A stretch of DNA of 64,000 nt. Source: Methanomassiliicoccales archaeon UBA147 (GTDB lineage Archaea; Thermoplasmatota; Thermoplasmata; SG8-5). Shown here piece after piece: positions 57,369 through 64,000 of the stretch; within the stretch, counting starts at the first letter, position 1, and the number at the start of each line of letters is the position of its first letter. The notes beneath the pieces are model-generated. The model had not been told where the DNA came from, searched no databases, and saw only the letters and a program-made list of their open reading frames with translations. The position numbers and the translations under genes were made by a program. The DNA is taken from contig DAJR01000049.1 of NCBI GenBank assembly GCA_002496385.1, positions 198-64,197 on the forward strand, read 5' to 3'.

Positions 57369-57424
57369 GCCGCCTGTCAGCAGGCGGCCCAAAGGCTGAA
57401 CGCATCCGCGTTCAGCCTGTTTTA
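57369..57424 (+). terminator. Two tandem perfect hairpins ending the 7-gene operon, the second followed by a T-run
   Basis: GCCGCCTG-tcag-CAGGCGGC (57369-57388) and AGGCTGAACGC-atcc-GCGTTCAGCCT (57393-57418), followed by GTTTT. Confidence 0.6.
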
Positions 57425-57441
57425 CATCATAGCCAGCCGGA

Positions 57442-58014
57442 TTGCCCCAAGGTGAAACGTTGCAGGAACTAGCCAAATCCTCGGACCTGATATTCTACAA
57501 GCTCGAAGACGCATCAGAGGTAAATAAATTCAGGATACTGGGCATGGAGGACGGGAGGTTCTCGGGCGGCGGGTTCGAGTTCTTCAGGGGCCTGGGCATA
57601 ATCGGCTACGAGAAGACCTTCAAGATATGGCTGAGGAAATTTCCCAGGCCGATATTCATCATCGCGGTGAAGAGCAACGACATAGTTTCCTGGGTGTTCC
57701 TGGAGGAGTGGGAGGGGACTGCCAACGACGGCATGGCCATTTGGGTGCTGCGGGCCATAGAGACCCTGCCCTCGATGAGGAAGAAGAAGATGGGCTACAA
57801 GCTTCTCCTGCTCAGCGCCCAGCAATGCGTCGGGTATCTGGTCACGAAGCCCCTGACGCCCGAAGCCAGCAAGTTCTTCAGGGATGCGGGATTCATGGAG
57901 CCGGCGGAATTCAAGAAGCCGCCTTTCGACCTGTCCAGGCATCCGGGGTATCTGATTATCCCGCCCTACAAGAAGGCCAAGCTCCTGGAGCAGTTCGGGG
58001 AGCATTTCAGATAG
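57442..58014 (+). CDS. GNAT-fold-like hypothetical protein
   Basis: IWVLRAIETLPSMRKKKMGYKLLLLSAQQCVGYLVTKPLTPEASKFFRDAGF resembles the acetyl-CoA-binding core. The start codon is TTG, so the start is uncertain. Confidence 0.5.
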   Translation: MPQGETLQELAKSSDLIFYKLEDASEVNKFRILGMEDGRFSGGGFEFFRGLGIIGYEKTFKIWLRKFPRPIFIIAVKSNDIVSWVFLEEWEGTANDGMAIWVLRAIETLPSMRKKKMGYKLLLLSAQQCVGYLVTKPLTPEASKFFRDAGFMEPAEFKKPPFDLSRHPGYLIIPPYKKAKLLEQFGEHFR

Positions 58015-58157
58015 TATCTCCATCCAACCCCTGAGGGGATTTGGAATTTTTCGGTATCCAAACGCGGTTTGGAACGGAAGCTGGGTGCCGTGGTGAAGTC
58101 AATGGTTAGGCCCAATTTGTCGGATTGGAGGAGATGGTATTCGGCGAGAATCCACGC

Positions 58158-59009
58158 TTAATTCTTCTTTCCCAAGCGCTTAACTTTTTCAGGGGTATCG
58201 AGATAATTCTCATCGCTGACAATGCCTTTTCCTGTTTCGGCCTCCAAATCCAGTCTTGCATCGCCGGAGATTTTCCCCCCCTTCCTGGCGGCATCTTTGT
58301 TTTCTACAAATCCTTGGGCGTCCTTGGTCCGGGCTATCTCGGTGGTGGCTGCCTCTCCCAGCATCGTGAAAATCAGTTCCAGGTCGTTCATGTGGTCCCT
58401 GAGGTTCTGTCTCTTCAGACCTTTGTGGGCCAGGTATTCGCTCGGGGTTAGACCGAATGCGGCTTTGGAGATTTCAGCGGTGAGAATGGAAAATTCTATG
58501 TTCGTTTCGATTCCGCGTTTGTCCCATTCATCAGTTAATTCATCTCTGACGGCGATTCCCCTCAATCTTTTTTCGATCCATGCATCGGAATACCCCTTGA
58601 CACGGTACAGTTCCTTCATGCGCTTCTGAGCAAGTTCTGGATTTTCAATCTCCTGGACGCGCTCGTACCCAACTTTGGCCAGCCATTGTTTGAATGGTTC
58701 GGCTTTGGGGGAAGGGATAGACTGAATCAACCTGAATAGGGTCTCGGTGTTTGCGCAGTCAGTCAACCGCAACTTCCCATCCTCGGCAATTAATTTCAAC
58801 CGGTTACAATTTGTAACGGTTTCATCACCCCCTTCCTGGCTTAATCTGTGCTTGAGAACCTTCCAGTAATTTCCTGGGTCTTGGCTTTCTGAAAGAATGC
58901 CCACCACATCCACCACGGAGTACCACCATTCTTCCCCCTGCCATATCCTGCGGATGCCCTTGCCCTGGAAAACGACCATTGCGTGTTCTCTGCCCTGCTC
59001 TTCCATCAT
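58158..59009 (-). CDS. Bro-N domain / DinD-like (DNA-damage-inducible protein D family) protein
   Basis: The N-terminus VVFQGKGIRRIWQGEEWWYSVVDVVGILSES is Bro-N-like. The C-terminus LAHKGLKRQNLRDHMNDLELIFTMLGEAATTEIAR...KGGKISGDAR resembles the E. coli DinD C-terminal half. Confidence 0.7.
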   Translation of the reverse strand: MMEEQGREHAMVVFQGKGIRRIWQGEEWWYSVVDVVGILSESQDPGNYWKVLKHRLSQEGGDETVTNCNRLKLIAEDGKLRLTDCANTETLFRLIQSIPSPKAEPFKQWLAKVGYERVQEIENPELAQKRMKELYRVKGYSDAWIEKRLRGIAVRDELTDEWDKRGIETNIEFSILTAEISKAAFGLTPSEYLAHKGLKRQNLRDHMNDLELIFTMLGEAATTEIARTKDAQGFVENKDAARKGGKISGDARLDLEAETGKGIVSDENYLDTPEKVKRLGKKN

Positions 59010-59204
59010 GAACTAACAGAATGTCGAAATGGTATATAAGATTGAAGAAGAGATGGGTGAAAGTATTTATCGGTATCCAAACCCCGAAGAATATTTGATA
59101 TTTTATATCCATTCGAATCGATGCCTCAGGACTGAAACCTGGTGCTGATCTGTGAGAGTCGAGTTGCATACCGGTTCAACCACCCCCAATTCAAAATCCT
59201 TATA

Positions 59205-59618
59205 ATGTCAATCTCCCTATCTGTTCTGGGAAATATGTGGGAATGGGCAGAAACCCCTTCGAGGGAAAAGAAGGAAAAACTGGATGAATTGAACCGCCAA
59301 TACCCCCTAATCAACAAGACACTAGGGTTGATTGTTGCGGTATGGGCGGTGGGGTGTTTCTCCCTTACCGTTTCTATTTATGTCCTCATGTTTCATTGGG
59401 AGATTATCGATTTTTCTAGTGTAATCTATGCGTATTTTTGTTGCCTGTACGGTCTTTCTATTTTGATATGGATAGCCGAATACAGGAACATCCATCGCGA
59501 GTACTATGAAAAAGTGTATGATATTATCGGAACGCCGCCATTTCTGAGGCAACGGAAGGGCATGTACCTAATGTTCGTCTGCCTGGCGATATTAACATAC
59601 GCGTTCATTGTATTTTAA
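59205..59618 (+). CDS. Small hypothetical membrane protein (3-4 TM)
   Basis: Hydrophobic segments LGLIVAVWAVGCFSLTVSIYVLMF, VIYAYFCCLYGLSILIWIA and MYLMFVCLAILTYAFIVF in an AT-rich context. No recognisable family. Confidence 0.4.
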   Translation: MSISLSVLGNMWEWAETPSREKKEKLDELNRQYPLINKTLGLIVAVWAVGCFSLTVSIYVLMFHWEIIDFSSVIYAYFCCLYGLSILIWIAEYRNIHREYYEKVYDIIGTPPFLRQRKGMYLMFVCLAILTYAFIVF

Positions 59619-59674
59619 AAATAAAAATTTGCCAGCCCACAAAGAGCTGGCATTATCGTGTTCAGGCATGCCGC

Positions 59675-60607
59675 TTAAAACATCCCCAGTATCTCGGCGC
59701 CGTACTTCTGCGCACTGGCCTCGCCTATCCCGTATATGCCCTGGAGGTCCTCCAGGGTTTTCGGGTCCCGACTGGCTATCTCGGCGAGCGTCTTGTTCTT
59801 CAGGACGCAGTACCTGGGCTGGCCTATCTCCGCGGATTTCCTGTCGCGCCACTCTTTCAGTACCGCCTTGCGCCTCTCGACCTCCGAGATGTCCAGTTTG
59901 GACTCTGCCTCGACCGGGACGTCTCCGCCGGCAAGGACGTCCAGGCCCTTGCTGGTGACGACCAGGACAGGGAATTCCGAGTCCTCGACATATGCGAGGT
60001 AGTTCTCCTGGATGAGCCAATCGACAAGGCTCAGCACTTCCTTCATGCTGGTCTCCTTTGCCACGCCGTAGGTGCCCAGCTTGGAGATGTTGATTGTCAG
60101 GATCTTCTTCGAAACGGAACCTGTCAGCACCCTTGCGATGGTCGTCCGGCCGTAGTTCCCGCCGAGGTCGAACACACACTTGAGTATGGACATTGCCAGG
60201 CTGTTGGTCTGGCCGCCCGAGGGCACGCCCTGCATCGCCATGAGCTCGGTGAACTGGAGGGTGAGCTGCTGCCCGTCCTCCGTGGTCGCGAAGAACTCCA
60301 GTTCGGCGTCAGCCATGTTCCTTGCCAGGCTGATCTCGGCCCCGCCGTCGATGTAACACAGGGGGCGCACGCCGTTGCTCAGGTTGTGCACTATCACGGT
60401 GCCGTCCGGCCTTGCCGAGACAAGCACCTTGGCCTGGAATTCCTTCGTGACTGATGCATTGGCATATGTGCCTTTGCAATCGCCCACCAGGATGATGTTC
60501 TGCAGGTTCATTTCCTGCGTTTCGTTCTTTTTGCTGTTTGTTTCCGTTTTTGCGGTTTGTGTTTTCATTATTTCACTTCTGCATTCCGTTGTTTTCTTTG
60601 AATGCAA
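59675..60607 (-). CDS. Helicase-less protein with a NucS-N-terminal-like domain, an RQC-like winged helix and an HRDC domain
   Basis: IILVGDCKGTYANASVT...VSARPDGTVIVHNLSNGVRPLCYIDGG resembles the NucS N-terminal half-barrel. ILKCVFDLGGNYGRTTIARVLTGS...LVDWLIQENYL is RQC/WH-like. LKEWRDRKSAEIGQPRYCVLKNKTLAEIASRDPKTLEDLQGIYGIGEASAQKYG is HRDC-like. The start is uncertain (TTG at 60607 or ATG at 60568). Confidence 0.6.
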   Translation of the reverse strand: MHSKKTTECRSEIMKTQTAKTETNSKKNETQEMNLQNIILVGDCKGTYANASVTKEFQAKVLVSARPDGTVIVHNLSNGVRPLCYIDGGAEISLARNMADAELEFFATTEDGQQLTLQFTELMAMQGVPSGGQTNSLAMSILKCVFDLGGNYGRTTIARVLTGSVSKKILTINISKLGTYGVAKETSMKEVLSLVDWLIQENYLAYVEDSEFPVLVVTSKGLDVLAGGDVPVEAESKLDISEVERRKAVLKEWRDRKSAEIGQPRYCVLKNKTLAEIASRDPKTLEDLQGIYGIGEASAQKYGAEILGMF

Positions 60608-60806
60608 TAGGGTGATTCTGCCCTCAGTATATATAAAAAATTAATACATGTAACGTACAGTAGCAAAATAATGGAGAAAACAACGTGCAGAAGTGCATTT
60701 AACGGAGGCCACCCTCCCCGTTCACACACAAAAGAATGAAGAAAAGCCTTCTGTGCAAGAGCACCTACATCGGGGCGCCTGGGTGATGTTGGTGATGGGC
60801 GCCATA

Positions 60807-61053
60807 CCCGGCCCTCAGCGCCGAATTGTGTGCAATTCGGCTTGCTCGGATTGATGTTTACAGAATGCTTCTGAGCTACAATCCTCGTACAGGCGGGGTT
60901 TGAAGGGAGAAATGTGCGCTGTGCATCACAATAGCCAGATTTTCAAAACCTGGCATTATCACCCCGGCCTCAGCGCCGAATTGTGTGCAATTCGGCTTGC
61001 TCGGATTGATGTTCACAAAATGCTTCTGAGCCACAATCCTCGTACAGCCGGGG
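60807..61053. repeat. Two tandem copies of a 92-bp structured repeat (period 155 bp)
   Basis: Copy 1 spans 60807-60898 and copy 2 spans 60962-61053, with roughly 90 percent identity by eye. Each contains the hairpin GCCGAATT-gtgtgc-AATTCGGC and a GGATTG...CAATCC stem. Confidence 0.8.
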
Positions 61054-61124
61054 CATGGGGGTTGGGCGGGGTGCCTTGGTGAAGTCCCGGGAGACGAAAA
61101 GCGGGAGATTAAGGAATGCAATCT

Positions 61125-61394
61125 CTAAGCCTGGCATTTAGCAAGCTCTTCTGGAAGCCAGCAATTCGAATAATCCGAAATGTCAAATGAATAGTATGCA
61201 ATTCGATAAGTAATGCTGTCAACCCCTAAATTCGACCAATCAATTCTCAGCATCTGAACGTAGAGTAAGTTGTCAGATTGCCCATTATCCAAAATATAAT
61301 CGTAGTATGTAATATGGGGATTAATCGGCACTTTGTAAGTGACATTTAGTAAAATTGGATATGTAAGATTGGTTGCGATGTATCTTTGAAACAC
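61125..61394 (-). CDS. Hypothetical 89-aa ORF (GTG start), possibly the 3' part of a gene split by a frameshift
   Basis: AT-rich, Tyr/Asn/Ile-rich, with no recognised motif. It overlaps the 3' end of the RHH-like ORF in another frame (see findings). Confidence 0.3.
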   Translation of the reverse strand: MFQRYIATNLTYPILLNVTYKVPINPHITYYDYILDNGQSDNLLYVQMLRIDWSNLGVDSITYRIAYYSFDISDYSNCWLPEELAKCQA

Positions 61395-61522
61395 TTCGTT
61401 GATAGTAACATTTTTTTCAGGTTGGAAGGCGAGATTCCCTTCTTCTGGCAGTAGTCCTTGAACTTCACCGACTCCAGACGGGGGATGCGGGCGGATAGCA
61501 CCGTGAAACTTTCGAGTCCCAT
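61346..61522 (-). CDS. Ribbon-helix-helix-like small ORF (58 aa), absent from the ORF track
   Basis: Manual translation: MGLESFTVLSARIPRLESVKFKDYCQKKGISPSNLKKMLLSTKCFKDTSQPILHIQFY. The first 37 aa or so fit a CopG/RHH strand-helix-helix pattern. Confidence 0.35.
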   Translation of the reverse strand: MGLESFTVLSARIPRLESVKFKDYCQKKGISPSNLKKMLLSTKCFKDTSQPILHIQFY

Positions 61523-61658
61523 GCTAAACAGGAATGCTTCGGAAGTTTATATACTTTCTTTGTCTACTGCATAGACAACTTAACCGACGATGGTGAAATC
61601 GCATCTGGCTGGATCTGTTTCAGGCAGAACCCGACCGATAAATCGCCAATTCACCTAT

Positions 61659-62861
61659 CTACAATTCGCCAATCTTCGCTTCCTTCATCTGGTCCTCGAT
61701 GAACCTCTCCATGTCCTTCTTGCCTGGCAGTTCCAGCTTGTATTTGGAGACGAAGAGCTTGTTGTCCATGCCGGCAAGGGCGTACTCCGCCAGGGCGCGG
61801 TCGTTCCGGGCGCAGAGCAGTATCCCTACGGGTGGGTTATCCCCTTCCGACACCATGTTCTGCCTGTACCAGCTTACGTAGGTGTTGAGCTGGCCTATGT
61901 TCTCGTGGCTGAAATCCGCCAGCTTCAGTTCCACCAGGACATGGCACTTCAGTATCCGGTGGTAGAATACCAGGTCAATGAAATAGTGCGATTCGCCTAT
62001 CAGTATGCGCTTCTGCCGTGCCTCGAAACAGAAACCTTCGCCAAGTTCCAGAAGGAAATCCTGGAGATTGTCCAGCAACCTATCCTCGAATGCGGACTCG
62101 CTCATCACCTCGGCGGGTTTCAGGCCCAGGAACTCGAAGATGTAAGGGTCGCGGATGGCAAGGGCTGGTTCAGCAGTCTGGGCAGAGGTTCTGACCATTT
62201 CAGCCAGCTTCATTTTGTTTTTCGACAGGCCCGATCTCTCATAATACAATGAAGAGATTTGGCGCTTCAATTCTCTCACTGACCAGTTCCCGGATATGCA
62301 TTGTGTCTCATAGAACAGCCGTTTAGTCGGGTCGTCTATCTGTGATAATTCGTCCAGATGTGTGAAAGAAAGGTTTTTAACCAGGACAATGCCGGCCGTG
62401 CGCAATTCGGGAGTCGCGGACTCCCGTTTCTCGGCCATTGGGATTTCGGTTGGCAATGAAAGGGGGAATTCGGGAGTCACTGCCTCCCGGATCTGAGGAT
62501 ATGCCTGGTAGAACTGCCTGAAACGGCGAAGTTCTCTCTCCCCAACCCGCGTCAAGTTCCTCGCAGCCAATTCCTTCGAAAGGGATTCCAACAGTCCCGC
62601 GCCGTACTTCGCTCGGTCCCTTCCGTTCTGCTCGTACTCGTGAATGTGATATCCTATGGCCCAGTTCCTGAGTGTGAGGCAGATGTTCACAGCCCTTCCT
62701 GCTCTGGCTGCCATTTGTTCATGCATCTGGCGGATCGATTCAACAAGGCTCTCGAACGTGAGTTTATTAGGTTGACTCCCCTTGCCATCCCCCTGCAAAC
62801 TATCTGTCACAACCTGCGACAGTTTTCCTGCAACAGTCACAGTCGAATTCTTCCCCGCCAT
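61659..62861 (-). CDS. DUF1016 / YhcG-like PDDEXK nuclease domain protein
   Basis: N-terminus VNICLTLRNWAIGYHIHEYEQNGRDRAKYGAGLLESLSKEL and the C-terminal PDDEXK core IDLVFYHRILKCHVLVELKLADFSHENIGQLNTYVSWY. Confidence 0.85.
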   Translation of the reverse strand: MAGKNSTVTVAGKLSQVVTDSLQGDGKGSQPNKLTFESLVESIRQMHEQMAARAGRAVNICLTLRNWAIGYHIHEYEQNGRDRAKYGAGLLESLSKELAARNLTRVGERELRRFRQFYQAYPQIREAVTPEFPLSLPTEIPMAEKRESATPELRTAGIVLVKNLSFTHLDELSQIDDPTKRLFYETQCISGNWSVRELKRQISSLYYERSGLSKNKMKLAEMVRTSAQTAEPALAIRDPYIFEFLGLKPAEVMSESAFEDRLLDNLQDFLLELGEGFCFEARQKRILIGESHYFIDLVFYHRILKCHVLVELKLADFSHENIGQLNTYVSWYRQNMVSEGDNPPVGILLCARNDRALAEYALAGMDNKLFVSKYKLELPGKKDMERFIEDQMKEAKIGEL

Positions 62862-62950
62862 AATTATTACTCCGTCATGCTAAGCATAAAGGTGCAGATA
62901 TATAACCATTCAACAGGGGTGGGCGAAAGTATTTCGTCTAATCTGGATAA

Positions 62951-64000
62951 TCAAGCCACGCGTATCATATCGCACTTTTCGACAATTTCTTCTATGTCGG
63001 CCAGAGTGAATTTGTCGAGCGGGTTCCAATCCGCAATCGGCGAATGCCCGAAGTCCGGCATGACCAGGTGCTTCTTCACGGCAAAGACCTTTTTTAGGCT
63101 GATAAGGAAATCGAGTTGCTTTGAATTATATTTCTTTGTTTGAATAATAAATTCATCGAACCTGGATTCTATCAGTGCCCTGGGGTCCTCCTCCCTTGTC
63201 AATCCAATAATTTCCCAGAGGAACTGGATGAAATCTATGCCCTGGCGCTTCTGGATGTTCTCGATTGTCATCTCGGGGCGGAGTTCTCGCAGGGCCTTCT
63301 CCAGCTCCATCAGCTCGAACGAGGTTATGCCTTGGCCGTCCTTTATTTTCCTGGCCAGGGGATTCCCATTCAGGAACGCTTTCAGTTCCTCGTCCTCCTT
63401 GATTTCCTTGACATAGGTTTCTCTGCCGAGCACGATATCTGGCTTGTCGACCAAAACTATCTCGCCGCGCTTCTCGTAGAACCGCATGAGCGGGGCAATC
63501 TCCCTGACCAGATACTCGACATCGTTGAAAGTGAGGTCTTCCCAGAAGTCCGGTTGCAATACTCTCATGAGCTTGTCCCGGTTGTTCCTGATTATGTCGA
63601 GATTGTCCTTTACGATGACGTTCAGGACCATGGCTTCGACGTATTCCCGGACCTCTCCAATCTGCTCAAGCTTGCGTTCCAGCACAAAATAAAAGAGGCC
63701 TTCGACTTTCAGGATGAAGGACGAGATTCTCGGGTCGATGCCGTGGGTTGTGACTATCAAAGGCGAGATGTCATCGTACAAGTCCTGGATGTAATCGTCC
63801 AGGTTGAATTTGTTTGCCTTCATTTTCTCGACAGCGGCAATCTTTTCCCTGATGATGAACGAATCCATATCCAGCTCGTCAATGGTCTGCGCTACCTTAC
63901 CGGTGATGAGTTCTTTCTGCTCCTTGTCCAGTTCCTTTTTGAGCAGGCCGACCCGCTTCTCGAATATCTTGGTGTTCGTGTCTTTTCCTGGCGTGTATTG
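62951..64000 (-). CDS. C-terminal part of a type I restriction enzyme R-subunit-like protein (EcoEI_R_C-like). The 5' part lies beyond the window.
   Basis: The frame stays open from the first in-window ATG (63868) up to nt 64000. The C-terminal block FDEFIIQTKKYNSKQLDFLISLKKVFAVKKHLVMPDFGHSPIADWNPLDKF resembles the HsdR C-terminal domain. No helicase motifs fall within the window. Confidence 0.6.
   Translation of the reverse strand, partial: QYTPGKDTNTKIFEKRVGLLKKELDKEQKELITGKVAQTIDELDMDSFIIREKIAAVEKMKANKFNLDDYIQDLYDDISPLIVTTHGIDPRISSFILKVEGLFYFVLERKLEQIGEVREYVEAMVLNVIVKDNLDIIRNNRDKLMRVLQPDFWEDLTFNDVEYLVREIAPLMRFYEKRGEIVLVDKPDIVLGRETYVKEIKEDEELKAFLNGNPLARKIKDGQGITSFELMELEKALRELRPEMTIENIQKRQGIDFIQFLWEIIGLTREEDPRALIESRFDEFIIQTKKYNSKQLDFLISLKKVFAVKKHLVMPDFGHSPIADWNPLDKFTLADIEEIVEKCDMIRVA

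Noticed and set aside
60848-60884. tRNA-like fragment: the reverse complement of the 92-bp repeat contains GTAGCTCAG, which resembles a tRNA D-arm.
   Set aside because: No acceptor stem, anticodon arm or T-loop (GTTCRAATC) could be assembled around it. It is probably a coincidence.
60876-61121. Track ORFs 60876-61121(-) and 60900-61082(+), which cover the tandem repeats.
   Set aside because: Both are built from the repeated sequence itself, overlap each other on opposite strands, and have low-complexity translations. The repeat structure is the better explanation.
1-64000. In-frame TAG or TGA recoding (pyrrolysine or selenocysteine) joining adjacent ORFs.
   Set aside because: No adjacent same-frame ORF pairs separated by a single stop codon were noticed among the called genes. 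This was checked by eye at gene junctions only.

Overview
This 64-kb window is an archaeal chromosomal fragment. Archaeal markers include tfb, gar1, rpl7ae-rps28e-rpl24e-ndk, tiaS, dtdA, type II GAPDH, tsr3 and trm112. GGAGG-type Shine-Dalgarno sites are visible, several genes look leaderless, and the sequence looks fairly GC-rich by eye. The lineage cannot be fixed without a database search; a Thermoplasmatota-like euryarchaeon is only a guess. About 60 protein genes are supportable. No rRNA, tRNA or CRISPR array was seen.

Layout:
- 1-33 kb: mostly housekeeping and transport genes. These include a giant surface protein, a ZIP-NikR-CDF metal cassette, a STAND ATPase-TPR protein, a DEAD-box helicase, two MATE pumps, a HerA-like ATPase and an HDAC.
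- 33.4-47.3 kb: a 13.6-kb block rich in RNA-modification genes that also carries a 1932-aa S8 protease. It is bracketed by two inverted copies of a CTAG-rich hairpin repeat.
- 49.4-64 kb: a visibly AT-richer accessory region. It holds a TumE/TumA-like pair, a Bro-N/DinD-like cassette, a helicase-less NucS-N/RQC/HRDC protein, tandem 92-bp structured repeats, a DUF1016 nuclease and the 3' part of a type I HsdR-like gene.

The best candidate for an undescribed system is a translationally coupled seven-gene operon at 50368-57352. It is built around a single-domain KaiC-like ATPase. The other products are a Roadblock/LC7-like protein, a V4R-wHTH protein, an 874-aa zinc-finger coiled-coil protein with two wHTH modules, and two paralogous Cys-containing proteins of unknown fold.

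All domain calls come from reading motifs in the translations. None has been verified by a search.
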